Shown piece after piece: positions 50,685-62,519 of a DNA stretch of 64,000 nt. Source of the stretch: an uncultured Clostridia bacterium (lineage in GTDB: Bacteria > Bacillota > Clostridia > Lachnospirales > Anaerotignaceae); assembly GCA_910587195.1 (NCBI GenBank), contig CAJUKL010000008.1, forward strand, positions 193 through 64,192. Direction: 5' to 3'. Position 1 is the first letter of the stretch. Each line of letters begins with the position of its first letter. The translations under genes and the position numbers were made by a program. The notes beneath the pieces are model-generated. The model had not been told where the DNA came from. It did not search any database and worked only from the letters and a program-made list of their open reading frames with translations.

Positions 50685-51662
50685 TTATCCATAATAGCGA
50701 GATGCAAGAGCAACCCAATCTTTTTTATATTTGACATCTAATATTTCAAAATGATTTTTTTGCAACGCTTCTTTTACATCTTCTAATCGTTCTTTAATAA
50801 TACCACTTGTAATAAAAATCCCATCTTTTTTGAGATACTCTGGCACCTGTTTGGAAAGTGCTATAATCACATCCGCTACAATATTTGCTTCTACTACATC
50901 ATAATTTTTACCGCAATATGCTTTATGCAATTCTTTATGATGGATAATATTGCCTGCAATTACATGATAATTCGTTTTATCAATTCCATTTCTTTCTGCA
51001 TTTTCATAGGCAACGTCCACCGCGTTTACATCAATATCGATTGCATCTGCACTTTTTGCACCCAATAACAAAGAAGCAATCGACAAAATACCACTACCAC
51101 AACCAATATCAAAAACAGTATCTTGATTTTTTACATATTTTTCTATCAATTCTATACATAACTGTGTTGTTTCATGTGTTCCTGTTCCAAAAATATGAGC
51201 AGGGTCAATTTCCAATACAATTTTATTTTCAGACTCCGTCAATTCTTCCCAAGAAGGTTTTATCATTATTTTATCACCAATAGCAAAAGGTTTAAAATAT
51301 TTTTTCCAATTATTTGCCCAATCTTCTTCTTTAATATTTTTTACAGTTACTTTTAAAGTTCCTAAATCAAATTCTTTTTCCTGCTCTTTTAAATGGAGCA
51401 ATGCACTTTTTATATCTGATAATTGTTCTTTTCCATACAAATTATCTCGAATAAAAAAAGTAATACCTGTAGATTGTTGTTTTTTTTGTTCTACTAATTC
51501 ATCTTCAATATAATCCCATTCTCGATTAGGATTTTGCAAAAATTCTTCAAAATCAGAAGTATCTTCTATCATCAATCCAGTTAAACCACATTGATATAGC
51601 AATCCGCTTACCAATTCCAAGCCAATTTGACTTGTTTCTACAAAAATCTCTATCCACTCCAA
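50685..51662 (-). CDS. prmA: Ribosomal protein L11 methyltransferase
   Basis: EEDWANNWKKYF, FGTGTHETT, DIGCGSGILS, ANI.A. Confidence 0.95.
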   Translation of the reverse strand: MEWIEIFVETSQIGLELVSGLLYQCGLTGLMIEDTSDFEEFLQNPNREWDYIEDELVEQKKQQSTGITFFIRDNLYGKEQLSDIKSALLHLKEQEKEFDLGTLKVTVKNIKEEDWANNWKKYFKPFAIGDKIMIKPSWEELTESENKIVLEIDPAHIFGTGTHETTQLCIELIEKYVKNQDTVFDIGCGSGILSIASLLLGAKSADAIDIDVNAVDVAYENAERNGIDKTNYHVIAGNIIHHKELHKAYCGKNYDVVEANIVADVIIALSKQVPEYLKKDGIFITSGIIKERLEDVKEALQKNHFEILDVKYKKDWVALASRYYG

Positions 51663-51687
51663 AAAATCTCCTCCTATTCTAAAGATT

Positions 51688-51952
51688 AAAACCTTGAGGA
51701 CTTTGTTCTCAAACTCCTACAAGTTTTTTGAAAAAAGCTTGACCAAAAACTTCATCCTTTTCACACTATACAAATTTTAAATTTTAACCAATGGTGCTCT
51801 GTTCTTGTTCAACCACAACAACCATTCAACTGCAACACACAACAGCGAAACGCTAGTTGTCTACACTTCGTTTCGGTCGGTGCAGAACAAACGTCCACCG
51901 GACGTTTTGCACCGCACAAAAGTTCTTTGCTACCTTTCTTTCAAGAAAGTAA
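51688..51952. repeat. Palindromic repeat cluster
   Basis: One full unit of the family. Confidence 0.85.
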
Positions 51953-51980
51953 GAGGCCGCCGAAAACGACAGCCTGATTG

Positions 51981-52715
51981 TTATTTTTGAAATAATTTCT
52001 GTACTTCTTCATAGCTTTCCAGTGTTCCTATATCATAACATTCACCTGGAAAAGTGTAAGCATACACTTCTTTTTGTTTGTATAGCCACGCTGGAAAATT
52101 ACCTGGTGCATCTGGATTATTTCCTTCTGCTAAATATTGTTTAAAAAGAGGTACTGTATCTTTTTTATAAAAATAACTAGCAAAAACAACCGTATTTGAT
52201 TTTGGCTGTTCTGGTTTTTCTTCAATTTCCAATACTTTTCCTTCCTTATCTAATAAAGCAATTCCAAAATTTTTTAAAGTTGCTTTGTCGTCCCATACTC
52301 TTACACAAACACAGTCCCTATTTTTTTGTTTATAAAAATCATAATATTTTTCCAAAGGATACGTAAAAAAGTTGTCCCCTGCAATCACAAGCAGTTCATC
52401 ATCAATTTTCATTTTTTCAATTACAAATAAAATATCTCCAATGGCACCCTTTCGATTTTCTTCACTTGTTGTACCATCATCTAAAACCGTAATCTTTGCT
52501 CTGCTCATTGTTTCATTTTTCCAACCAGCAAAAGTATCTATAAATTTATGGTTTGTTATCACATAAATTTCATCTACTTCCTCAATGGTATTAATTTGTT
52601 CTGTAATATAGTTAATAATTGGTTTATTATTGATTGGCAATAATGCTTTTGGTCTATTTTTTGTCAGAGGATATAACCTAGTTGCATAACCAGCCGCTAA
52701 TATAATTGCTTTCAT
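51981..52715 (-). CDS. Sugar-phosphate nucleotidyltransferase family protein
   Basis: AIILAAGYATRLYPLT..PKALL, EEKP, DIGT. Confidence 0.88.
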   Translation of the reverse strand: MKAIILAAGYATRLYPLTKNRPKALLPINNKPIINYITEQINTIEEVDEIYVITNHKFIDTFAGWKNETMSRAKITVLDDGTTSEENRKGAIGDILFVIEKMKIDDELLVIAGDNFFTYPLEKYYDFYKQKNRDCVCVRVWDDKATLKNFGIALLDKEGKVLEIEEKPEQPKSNTVVFASYFYKKDTVPLFKQYLAEGNNPDAPGNFPAWLYKQKEVYAYTFPGECYDIGTLESYEEVQKLFQK

Positions 52716-52746
52716 GAAAAGCCTCCTCTTTTTCTTATATGAATCA

Positions 52747-53706
52747 TCACTTTTTAAAATAAACATCATAAATATTTTGTAAGTTTTCTGGTAAGGGTGC
52801 TGTCCATTCCTTGCCCATTAAATAAGCTAATGCTCCTTCCTCTTGCTGCCATACCATACGATATGCGTGTAAAAATTGATTTGTTAATTTTTTTGCAAAT
52901 TGTCTATTCCACTGTTCATCACCATATTTTCTGTCACCAGCAATACAATGTCCTGCTTTTTGCATTTGCGCTCTAATTTGATGTGAACGTCCTGTAACTA
53001 AATCAATTTGTAATAAAGTCATATTTTCTGTGGTAGCAATCGGCTGATATTTTGTCACAATTTTTTTGCTTCCTTGTATGTTATTTTCATACAATGTTAC
53101 TTGATTTTTTTCTTCATCTTTTTTTAAATAGCTAACAAATTCCCCAGATACTTCGATTTTTCCTTTTACCAATGCTATATAATACTTATTTATTTTTCTG
53201 TTCGCAATCGCCTCATTGACAGCTTGTACTGCCTTTAAATTTTTGCCAGCAATCACAATGCCACTTGTATTTCTATCTAAGCGGTTACAAATAGCTGGTA
53301 AAAAGGTACTTTCTTTTGTAAACTGCTCTTTTTGATAAAGATAGTATAGTATTTGGTCAATCAATGTTTCCTTATCTCCACTTTTTTGCGGATGCACCAG
53401 AAGTCCTGCTGGTTTAGAAACCACCAGCAGGTTTTCATCTTCATATATAATGTCAAAGTGCTTTTTTGCTTGAGCAATCGTTTTTTGTTCCATAAAATTT
53501 TGCATGGTTTCTTCCGAGAGATAAAGTTGTAAAATATCCCCTTTTTGAAGGATTTCATTTCCTTCTCCTTTTTTACCATTATATTTAATTCTTTTTTTTC
53601 TTAACATTTTATAAAGAAAACTTTTGGGTGCTTTATGAAAATACTTCATCAAAAATTTATCAAGTCTTTGATTTTGTTCTTGTTCTGTAATTTTAATTTC
53701 CTTCAA
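52747..53706 (-). CDS. RluA-family pseudouridine synthase (S4 domain, RluC-like)
   Basis: QRLDKFL, KPAGL, NRLDRNTSG, TGRSHQIR, GDRKYG, FLHA. Confidence 0.9.
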   Translation of the reverse strand: MKEIKITEQEQNQRLDKFLMKYFHKAPKSFLYKMLRKKRIKYNGKKGEGNEILQKGDILQLYLSEETMQNFMEQKTIAQAKKHFDIIYEDENLLVVSKPAGLLVHPQKSGDKETLIDQILYYLYQKEQFTKESTFLPAICNRLDRNTSGIVIAGKNLKAVQAVNEAIANRKINKYYIALVKGKIEVSGEFVSYLKKDEEKNQVTLYENNIQGSKKIVTKYQPIATTENMTLLQIDLVTGRSHQIRAQMQKAGHCIAGDRKYGDEQWNRQFAKKLTNQFLHAYRMVWQQEEGALAYLMGKEWTAPLPENLQNIYDVYFKK

Positions 53707-53721
53707 AAAGTGCCTCCTTTA

Positions 53722-54826
53722 TTAGCTATGAATCCATGCTAAATATGCACTAATAAAATTATCAATGCCACCATCCATAACAGCCTGCACATTTCCTGTT
53801 TCTTCTGCCGTTCTATGGTCTTTTACCATGGTATAAGGCATAAAGACATAGGAGCGAATTTGACTGCCCCAGCCAATTTCTTTTACGTCACCACGAATTT
53901 CTGCTAATTTTTTCATTTGTTCCTCAATTTTCAAAGAAAGCAACTTACTTTTTAACATTTTCATGGCTCTGTCCTTATTACTAAATTGACTTCTTTCATC
54001 TTGACACTGTACCACAATGCCAGTTGGATTATGTGTAATACGAATAGCAGAAGATGTTTTATTAACATGCTGTCCACCTGCACCACTTGCGCGGTAGGTA
54101 TCTACACGAATATCCTCTGGATTGATTTCAATTTCTGTATCATTTTCAATTTCCGGCATAACATCACAAGATGCAAAAGAAGTATGTCGTCTGCCAGAAC
54201 TATCAAAAGGAGATACTCTGACTAGTCGATGGATTCCTTTTTCAGATTTTAAATAGCCATAGGCATTTTCTCCATTTACCTGTATGGTAACAGATTTTAG
54301 TCCAGCCTCATCACCATCTAAAATATCTAGTATTTCCACTTGAAACTCATTTTTATCTGCCCATTTTGTATACATACGGAAAAGCATATTTGTCCAGTCG
54401 CAAGCCTCCGTACCACCTGCACCAGAGTGCAAGGTAACAATGGCATTATTTCTGTCATACTCTCCATCTAGCAAAGTAGAAATTTTTAAATTATCATACT
54501 CTGCTATAAAAGCATCTGTCAATTCCTGCACCTCTCCAATAATGCTTGCATCATCTTCTTCCGTACCCATTTCAATGAGCGTCAAAATATCTTCATACTG
54601 TGTAACAAGTGTTTCATATCTGCCTACTTTATTTTTTAATGCTTTGAGTTGTCTTAATACTTTCTGACTTTTTTCCATATCTGCCCAAAAGTCTGGGTCA
54701 GCGGATATTTCTTCTAATTCTGTTATTTTCCCCTTTGCGCCAGCGACGTCAAAGTGAAGCCCCCATTTCCTCTAATTTTTCGTCATATGCAGAAAGCGAT
54801 AAACGAATTTGTTCTAATTCAAACAT
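53722..54826 (-). CDS. prfB: Peptide chain release factor 2 with programmed +1 frameshift (join 54826-54752, 54750-53722; 367 aa)
   Basis: SPF and GGQ motifs; 25-codon first frame ending GGG GCT TCA CTT TGA C. Confidence 0.95.
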
Positions 54827-54970
54827 AAAAAATCATCTCCTTAAAATTTTATCAAATTCTTTTCAAAAACATTTTTTATTTTCTTTTGGCTCAACAAAAT
54901 GATACAATATTATAAATATAAAAGCAACAAAAAAGAGATATTTTTCCACACAGAAAAATATCTCTCCTGA

Positions 54971-55609
54971 TTATCTTTTTCTAAAATGCTTATCATAATG
55001 CACAGAAAGCCAACGCAATACTTCTTCTACATTATTTTGCTTTATATTAGAAAGTATCATTTGATGTTCTTCTATACTTTTTTGACAATCTCTAATGCCA
55101 TGTTGATTATTATGCAGTATCATCAAATAAAATACGTCCTCTATTCTTTCATAAATCGAAAGGAAATATTTATTTTGTGATACAAATATAATACTTTTAT
55201 CAAAAAGGATAGACTGTTGTACCAATTCATGAAAATTATGAGATTCTAAGGCATTATATTGCAATGTAATATGTCGTTCCATATGTTGTACAATTTCGTC
55301 TGTTTTTCCTAATTCCACACAAAGTAAATAGCCTCCACGCAACATAGCACAAAGAGTCTGTGCAATTTCTACAAAACTTTCTTCTGTAAAAGAAACCACT
55401 CTTGCGCCATTGTTTGGTATTGTCACAATCAATCCATCTCTTGCTAAAAGCATGAGTGCTTCTCTTATGGGAGAATTACTGACTTGTAATTCTGCCGCCA
55501 ATGCATCAATATTAATTTTTTCGCCCAGTTGATAATGCTGGTGAAGTATTTTGTGTTTGATGACATTATAAACTTGTTCTTTTATGGTAATTCTGCTGAC
55601 TGCATCCAT
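54971..55609 (-). CDS. GntR-family (FCD) transcriptional regulator
   Basis: wHTH VSNSPIREAL..L..DGL; C-terminal EH..I. Confidence 0.85.
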   Translation of the reverse strand: MDAVSRITIKEQVYNVIKHKILHQHYQLGEKINIDALAAELQVSNSPIREALMLLARDGLIVTIPNNGARVVSFTEESFVEIAQTLCAMLRGGYLLCVELGKTDEIVQHMERHITLQYNALESHNFHELVQQSILFDKSIIFVSQNKYFLSIYERIEDVFYLMILHNNQHGIRDCQKSIEEHQMILSNIKQNNVEEVLRWLSVHYDKHFRKR

Positions 55610-55758
55610 TCAGGTTTTCTCCCCTTTTCATCACTTGTATGTGATTGGATTATATACCATTTTAAACACAGTGTCAAAGCAATTATGCATATTATAAAAC
55701 ATTTTGGCATAATATACAAAAATTCCTTTTTTTATCAGTAATACAAAAAATTACAATA

Positions 55759-57054
55759 TTACCAAATTTGTAGCATTTCGGCTTGTTCTTTTAACTCTTT
55801 TCTAAACTTTGGATGTGCAATTGCAATCAAATTTTCTGCTCTTTCTGCTACTGTTTGTCCACGCATTTTTGCAGCACCATACTCTGTTACAATGTAATCC
55901 ACATCATTTCTGGACAAAGTAACCGCTGCGCCCAATGTTAAAAATGGTGTTATTTTTGATATTTTTTCATCTTTTGTGGTAGAAGGTAACGCAATAATAG
56001 AACGACCTCCTTTACTCATCAAAGCACCTAATACAGTATCTGTTTGTCCGCCAATTCCACTATATTGTTTATTTCCTATGCTTTCAGAGCAACATTGTCC
56101 TGTTAAATCTACTTGCATAGTGGTATTAATAGAAATCATGTTATCATTTTGGGCAATTACATAAGGATTATTTACATAATCTCCATCTAAAATGGCAATA
56201 GAAGGATTATCATGTAAAAAGTCATATAATTTTTGACTTCCAAAGGCAAAAGCTGCAACCGTTTTTCCCTTATATATTTTCTTTTTTAAATTGGTAACTG
56301 CACCAATTTTAATTAACTCCATCATACCTTCTGTCAGCATTTCGCTATGAATTCCCAAATGTTTTTTATTTTTTAAACAATTTGCTACTGCATTGGGAAT
56401 CCCGCCAATCCCCAACTGAAAAACACTTCCATCTTGTACAAAATCCGCAATATAGCTACCAATTTTTTTTTCTTTTTCGCCGGGTTCTTGGAAAGAAGCT
56501 GTTACAATATCATGGTTATTTTCATACACATAGTCCACCTGACTAATATGTACAATCGTATCTCCCAACACCCGAGGCATTTTATCATTTACTTCCAAAA
56601 CCACCATATCTGCTGCTTCTAAAAAAGGTCTTTCATAGCACATGGAAAGGGACATTGTAAAATAACCAAATCTATCCATAGGTGTAACACTTGCAACAAA
56701 GATATTAGGTTTTTTATCTTCTAATACCCATTTTGAAAAATTTCTAAAATGGCTTGGTAGCAAAGAAGTTCTTTTTGTAGAATGTAATCTACGGCTGCTT
56801 CCTCCAAAAAAATAACACATAGAACGGATATTTTTTATTTCTCTTTCTGGGTCTTGAAACGGAAAGCTACTAAATTCTAATGCATTAAAGACACGAACAT
56901 TTTCTACACGGTTATCTATTTCATGTAATCTTTCTAAAAAACCAGAAGGCTCACAACCTGCTAAGGCTGGCACTATAATATCATTGCTTTTTACCTTTTC
57001 TAGCAGAGAATCTAAACTAATTAACTTTTGATTGTATTGTTCTTGTAAATTCAT
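55759..57054 (-). CDS. Acetyl-CoA hydrolase / 4-hydroxybutyrate CoA-transferase family protein
   Basis: QLGIGGIP, HSEM, DLTGQ, SGIGGQ.D, VTEYG. Confidence 0.9.
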   Translation of the reverse strand: MNLQEQYNQKLISLDSLLEKVKSNDIIVPALAGCEPSGFLERLHEIDNRVENVRVFNALEFSSFPFQDPEREIKNIRSMCYFFGGSSRRLHSTKRTSLLPSHFRNFSKWVLEDKKPNIFVASVTPMDRFGYFTMSLSMCYERPFLEAADMVVLEVNDKMPRVLGDTIVHISQVDYVYENNHDIVTASFQEPGEKEKKIGSYIADFVQDGSVFQLGIGGIPNAVANCLKNKKHLGIHSEMLTEGMMELIKIGAVTNLKKKIYKGKTVAAFAFGSQKLYDFLHDNPSIAILDGDYVNNPYVIAQNDNMISINTTMQVDLTGQCCSESIGNKQYSGIGGQTDTVLGALMSKGGRSIIALPSTTKDEKISKITPFLTLGAAVTLSRNDVDYIVTEYGAAKMRGQTVAERAENLIAIAHPKFRKELKEQAEMLQIW

Positions 57055-57104
57055 ATGGTTCCTCCTAAATGCTTAATGATTCTTTTCCAACTTTTGCAAA
57101 CACA

Positions 57105-57236
57105 ACAGAACGAATTTTTAACCGATGGTGCTCCATTCTCGTTCATCTAAAACCACTACTCCACTCCAACACACGGCTGCAAAACGAAGTTTTGCACAAA
57201 AGTTCTTTGCTACCTTTCTTTCAAGAAAGTAAGTTA
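57105..57236. repeat. Repeat-family unit overlapping the brnQ 3' end
   Basis: CACAAAAGTTCTTTGCTACCTTTCTTTCAAGAAAGTAAGTTA. Confidence 0.8.
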
Positions 57237-58480
57237 TTAGGAATAAAACGACCAATGATACCTGCAATGGCAACAGGAACCACCCATGCAAAACCAAACT
57301 GTGACAATGGTAACTTTGTCATAATTCCAACATGAAGCATATCCAAAATTCCCATTAAAATCGCCATATAAGCAGCCGCCTTAAACACATTATCATTTTT
57401 AATATAATCTGTAAAAGTAGAAAGTACAATCATTGTCACAACGGTAGGATAAAGCAAATTTAAAATAGGAACCGATAAATTAACAATGGTTGTAACACCA
57501 AAATTAGAAATTACTGTACTAAAGACACATACAATAGCTACTATCCAACTATATTTTATTTTATTATTTGTCATAGAAGAAAAATATTGTGCAGTTGAAG
57601 AAGTTAATCCAATCGCAGTTGTTAAGCAGGCTAAGGTTACAATAATCGCCAATATAACTTGTCCTATTTTTCCAAACAAAGATTTGGTAATCTCGACCAA
57701 CAGCGTTGTTGACGCAATCGAAATATCATATTGTTCCGAAGCAGTACCACCTAAAAAACAAAGTCCACCATACACAACCATCAAAGCAATTCCGGCTACA
57801 ATTCCGGCTTGTGTTGCTACTTTTACACGAGCATTTTTTTCTCCATATCCCTTTTCTACAATAGTCGCCATAACCAATATCGCAACTACTGTGCCACCCA
57901 TAGCATCCAAAGTTTGATACCCTTGCATCAAACCTTCTGCAAAAACAGTTTCTATTTTAGGAACAGGTGCAAAGCCACCAATGGGAGAAATTAATCCCTT
58001 GATAATCATACAAGCTAATACCAATAAAAGTGCGGGTGTTAAAAATTTCCCCACATAATCTACTACCTTTGTAGGGCGTACTGCCAATATAAAAACCACA
58101 ATAAAAAACAAAATAGAAAACAATATGGAATGAAATTGCGGAAAATTAGGCTGTATTGAAATTTCATATACAGTAGATGCTGTTCTAGGAATACATACAA
58201 AAGGACCTACACAAAGTATCATTACACTACTAATAATAATAGCAAACAAATTTCCTCCTCTTGTCAATACCCCTTTATTAGCATCCTCAAACTTACAAGT
58301 TGCAATAATTGCTAAAATAGCTAAAGTAACATCTCCAATTAAAAAACCAAAAAATCCTGTATACCATTGTGCCCCTGCTTCCATACCTAAATAGGGAGGA
58401 AAAATCAAATTACCCGCCCCAAAAAAAGTCGAAAACATCATAAAACCAATCATCAGCATATTTTTTGTTTGCTTTTGCAT
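57221..58480 (-). CDS. brnQ: Branched-chain amino acid transport system II carrier
   Basis: FFGAGNLIFPP, IPRTA, GK.LTP, GYQTLD, ACLTTAIGL. Confidence 0.92.
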   Translation of the reverse strand: MQKQTKNMLMIGFMMFSTFFGAGNLIFPPYLGMEAGAQWYTGFFGFLIGDVTLAILAIIATCKFEDANKGVLTRGGNLFAIIISSVMILCVGPFVCIPRTASTVYEISIQPNFPQFHSILFSILFFIVVFILAVRPTKVVDYVGKFLTPALLLVLACMIIKGLISPIGGFAPVPKIETVFAEGLMQGYQTLDAMGGTVVAILVMATIVEKGYGEKNARVKVATQAGIVAGIALMVVYGGLCFLGGTASEQYDISIASTTLLVEITKSLFGKIGQVILAIIVTLACLTTAIGLTSSTAQYFSSMTNNKIKYSWIVAIVCVFSTVISNFGVTTIVNLSVPILNLLYPTVVTMIVLSTFTDYIKNDNVFKAAAYMAILMGILDMLHVGIMTKLPLSQFGFAWVVPVAIAGIIGRFIPNNLLS

Positions 58481-58701
58481 AAAAAAAACCTCCTTTAATC
58501 TATTTACAGTTACAAAAAAATAGTGGGATACAAAAGTAGTATCTCACAAATGTCTATTTTGTTTTCCTAGCTTATCATACCCTATTTAAAGCCATTTGAA
58601 AAGCAAAAAATCCCTTATACATTTTCGCATAAGGGACAATTAGAAAGTCTTAGAGAGGTTAGTTTTTATTTTTATGCAGTTACCCTAACTACCTTATAAA
58701 A

Positions 58702-59457
58702 TTATAATCCTTTTTCTACAAGAATTTTTTCAAATTTTTTTTCTGATAGCGTTTCATGTGTTATAAATTCTTCATTGTAGAAAAGAGAAAAAGTAGTAAA
58801 TGGAGTGGGGGCATTTTGTGCCTCCTCTTTAGATTGAATATGTATGACATGAAAGGCAATACCTCGTGTTTGTGCTATGTTTTCAATCAATGGCACATAT
58901 TTTGCTGTAAAAGGACATTGGTTTGTATAATATAATACAAATCCATTTAACTTATTTTCCTGTTGATGTACACTATTTTTAAAACAGGGTTTTTCTGTAT
59001 TTTCTGCAAAAGGCAGATACATTAATGCAAAATAAGGGTTTGCTGTGTCAACTGTTTGAAACCCTTTATATTTCATATATTTTGGGTCAGAAAGATAACC
59101 CATTTTCTTTTTGGAGGACAGAATAACAAGTCCTCTTTTTCCTTTTTGCTTGCTATCTTTTATGCACTCATTTAATAATAAATTGGAATATCCATGCCCT
59201 TTAAATTGTCCAGATACCCACAGACAATTAATATACATATAATCTTTTGCATCTATTGGTGCCCATGCATATTCAGCTGGAATATATTCAATAAAGCATT
59301 TTCCTCGAACATTGCCTTTTAAAAATACAAGTCCTTCCTCTAACCTTTCTTTGAGCCAATTTTTTTTAGACATAACTTGAATATCTTTATTATTTGCTAT
59401 AGCACAGCAGATATGTTCTTGCTCTATGTTGTCCGGTGTTAACTTGATAAGTTCCAT
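58702..59457 (-). CDS. YoaP-domain GNAT N-acetyltransferase
   Basis: EHICC, FIEYIP.E.AW.P, CLWVSG..KGHG, QCPF, F.THE. Confidence 0.85.
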   Translation of the reverse strand: MELIKLTPDNIEQEHICCAIANNKDIQVMSKKNWLKERLEEGLVFLKGNVRGKCFIEYIPAEYAWAPIDAKDYMYINCLWVSGQFKGHGYSNLLLNECIKDSKQKGKRGLVILSSKKKMGYLSDPKYMKYKGFQTVDTANPYFALMYLPFAENTEKPCFKNSVHQQENKLNGFVLYYTNQCPFTAKYVPLIENIAQTRGIAFHVIHIQSKEEAQNAPTPFTTFSLFYNEEFITHETLSEKKFEKILVEKGL

Positions 59458-59476
59458 TCTTCTTCCTTCTTTCAAA

Positions 59477-59752
59477 TTATATTCTTTCTAAACTTGCAAA
59501 AAACATTTCATAAGGGTCATCCCAGCCTTCTCTAGGATAAGTTGCACCACCATTTACACTTTTGAGCAAATTAGAAATATATTCTTCGCCTTCTGCAAAC
59601 AATTCTCCAACCGTAATAGGAAAGCCTTCTTTTGTTGCTAATTCACAAAAAGCTAAAGTAGGGTCTTTTTCCTTTTTGGTATCTAACAATTTTTGCTTTA
59701 AAACTTTGTCTTGTTTTGCCTTTTCTAATAATTCAAATAATTTTTGATTCAT
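59477..59752 (-). CDS. 91-aa Nif11-leader-like protein
   Basis: AAGGAG RBS; LLEKAK.D..LK.KL…LA.KEGF.IT..EL pattern; SVNGG. Confidence 0.6.
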   Translation of the reverse strand: MNQKLFELLEKAKQDKVLKQKLLDTKKEKDPTLAFCELATKEGFPITVGELFAEGEEYISNLLKSVNGGATYPREGWDDPYEMFFASLERI

Positions 59753-59828
59753 TTCTTTTTCTCCTTTTAAAATTTGAATAAAAAAGTTCTTTGCTTCTTT
59801 TGATAAAAAAGCAAAGAACTTTTCTTTT

Positions 59829-62402
59829 TTAAGAAGTTTTTCCACAGCAATTTTTATATTTTTTACCACTGCCGCAAGGACAAAGGTCATTTCTACCAAC
59901 TTTTGCTTCTTTTCTTTCTTTTGGCTTTTTCTGTACAGTATCATCTTTGTTAGTAAACATAGGTTGTATCGTTTGTACCCTTGTTGTTTCTGTTTCAAAT
60001 TTTACTCTATATAACATGCGCAAAGTATCTTCCTGTATGTTATTGCTAAGCTCCTCAAACATATCATATCCTGCAAATTTATACTCAATTAAAGGATCCC
60101 TTTGTGCATAAGCATGCAAACCAATTCCTTGACGCATTTGGTCCATATCATCAATATGATCCATCCATTTTTGGTCAATGACTCTTAACAAGATAACTCT
60201 TTCTAATTCTCTCATTCTTTCAGGGTCATTGATTTCTTGTTCTTTCATTTCATATAATTTTTCACCTAATTTTTTTAGGGTATCTTTTAAATTATCTCTT
60301 GTCAAAGATTCTTTGCTATCTTCTTTTATTTTAATGGAACCGATTGGAATAATGGAGCCTAAAGTTTCACTTAATCCAGCCATATCCCATTGTTCTGGAA
60401 ATTCACTTTCTCCTGTGTAAGCATCAACATATCTGTCAATTACATCACCTATCATAGAGATGATACTATCTCTTAAATTTTCTCCTACTAAAACTCTATG
60501 TCTTTCTCCATAGATAATTTCTCTTTGTTCATTCATAACTTGGTCATATTCCAACAAATGTTTACGAATGGCAAAATTATTTCCTTCTACTTTTTTCTGT
60601 GCATTTTCAATAGCTCTTGTCAGCATACCTGCCTCAATAGGGTCATCTTCTTGCAGACCCATAGCATCAACCAATTTCATTGTTTTTTCAGAACCAAATA
60701 AGCGCATCAGTTCATCTTCCATAGAAATATAAAATTTAGATTCTCCAGGGTCACCTTGACGACCGGAACGTCCACGCAACTGATTATCAATTCGCCTGGA
60801 TTCATGACGTTCTGTGCCAATGATTTTTAATCCGCCAATTTCTGGAACGCCTTTCTCTAGCTTAATGTCCGTACCACGTCCAGCCATATTCGTTGCAATC
60901 GTTACGGCATCTAATTCTCCAGCATGAGAAACAATTTCTGCTTCCTGTTCATGGTATTTTGCATTTAATACCTGATGTTTAATTCCTTCTTTTTTTAACA
61001 TTCTGCTTAATTCTTCTGATTTATCAATCGTAATTGTACCAACTAATACAGGTTGATGTTTTTCATGACAAGCAATAATATCTTTTACAACTGCTCTAAA
61101 TTTTGCGGCTTCTGTACGATAAACAACATCATGATGGTCAATTCTGATAACAGGACGGTTTGTAGGGATTTCTACAACGTCCATACCATAAATATTTCTA
61201 AATTCAGTTTCTTCTGTTTTTGCAGTACCTGTCATGCCACATTTCTTTTTATATTTATTAAAAAAGTTCTGGAAGGTAACAGTTGCTAAAGTTTTGCTTT
61301 CTTTTTTGACTTTTACATTTTCTTTTGCTTCAATTGCTTGATGCAAACCGTCAGAATATCTTCTGCCGGGCATAATACGTCCGGTAAATTCATCTACAAT
61401 TAAAACTTCATCATCTTGTACAACATAATTTTGGTCAAGATGCATATTATAGTTTGCTTTTAATGCATTATTAATATGGTGTTGTATTTCCAAGTTTTCT
61501 GCGTCGGAAAGGTTTTCAATATGGAAAAATTTTTCTGCTTTCTTTACACCTTCTTGTGTCAAGGTAACGCTTTTTGCTTTTTCATCTAAAATATAATCCC
61601 CTTCTTCCTGCATTTCTTCTTTTGTCAAGGGATTTAATGCTTCTTCTTCATTTAATATTTTACCTTTTTTTAATGTCTTTACAAACGTATCTGCAATTTT
61701 ATATAATTCTGTAGATTTTGCTCCAGAACCAGAGATAATTAAAGGTGTTCTTGCCTCATCAATTAAAACAGAGTCAACCTCATCAATAATAGCAAAATTT
61801 AAATCTCTTTGTACCATGCTTTCTTCTCTAACGACCATGTTATCACGCAAATAGTCAAAGCCTAATTCATTGTTTGTAGCATAGGTAATGTCACAAGCAT
61901 AAGCTGCACGACGTTCATCATTTTCCATATCATTTAAAATAACACCAACAGTCATACCCAATTTTTCAAATAAAGGTGTAACCCATTCAGAGTCACGTTT
62001 TGCAAGATAGTCATTGACTGTAACAACATGTACTCCTTTTCCTTCTAAAGCATTCAAATAAGAAGATAAGGTTGCCACTAAGGTTTTACCTTCTCCTGTT
62101 CTCATTTCTGCAATACGTCCTTGATGCATAACAATACCGCCTAAAAGTTGCACTCTAAAGTGGCGCATACCCAAGGCTCTGCTTGCTGCTTCTCGAACGG
62201 CTGCATATGCTTCTGGTAAAATTTGGTCAAGTGTTTCCCCTTTGGAAAGACGTTCCTTAAATTCTGCTGTTTTATTTTTCAATTCTTCTTCTGATAATTT
62301 TTCAAATTCTGGTGCAAGAGCATCAATTTTATCTACAATAGGCGTAATACGCTTGATTTCTTTTTCACTATAATTACCAAATATTTTTTCTAAAAGACCC
62401 AT
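59829..62402 (-). CDS. secA: Preprotein translocase ATPase SecA
   Basis: [36 protein letters not shown]-terminal [12 protein letters not shown]. Confidence 0.98.
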   Translation of the reverse strand: MGLLEKIFGNYSEKEIKRITPIVDKIDALAPEFEKLSEEELKNKTAEFKERLSKGETLDQILPEAYAAVREAASRALGMRHFRVQLLGGIVMHQGRIAEMRTGEGKTLVATLSSYLNALEGKGVHVVTVNDYLAKRDSEWVTPLFEKLGMTVGVILNDMENDERRAAYACDITYATNNELGFDYLRDNMVVREESMVQRDLNFAIIDEVDSVLIDEARTPLIISGSGAKSTELYKIADTFVKTLKKGKILNEEEALNPLTKEEMQEEGDYILDEKAKSVTLTQEGVKKAEKFFHIENLSDAENLEIQHHINNALKANYNMHLDQNYVVQDDEVLIVDEFTGRIMPGRRYSDGLHQAIEAKENVKVKKESKTLATVTFQNFFNKYKKKCGMTGTAKTEETEFRNIYGMDVVEIPTNRPVIRIDHHDVVYRTEAAKFRAVVKDIIACHEKHQPVLVGTITIDKSEELSRMLKKEGIKHQVLNAKYHEQEAEIVSHAGELDAVTIATNMAGRGTDIKLEKGVPEIGGLKIIGTERHESRRIDNQLRGRSGRQGDPGESKFYISMEDELMRLFGSEKTMKLVDAMGLQEDDPIEAGMLTRAIENAQKKVEGNNFAIRKHLLEYDQVMNEQREIIYGERHRVLVGENLRDSIISMIGDVIDRYVDAYTGESEFPEQWDMAGLSETLGSIIPIGSIKIKEDSKESLTRDNLKDTLKKLGEKLYEMKEQEINDPERMRELERVILLRVIDQKWMDHIDDMDQMRQGIGLHAYAQRDPLIEYKFAGYDMFEELSNNIQEDTLRMLYRVKFETETTRVQTIQPMFTNKDDTVQKKPKERKEAKVGRNDLCPCGSGKKYKNCCGKTS

Positions 62403-62519
62403 GTATGGTTCACCTCATTATTTTTTAGTTTTACATTTTTTATAGTTTATCAAAAAGCATTTCTCTATGCAATACTTATTTAAAAAGCAAAAAAATCATA
62501 TGAAATAATACGAATTAGA

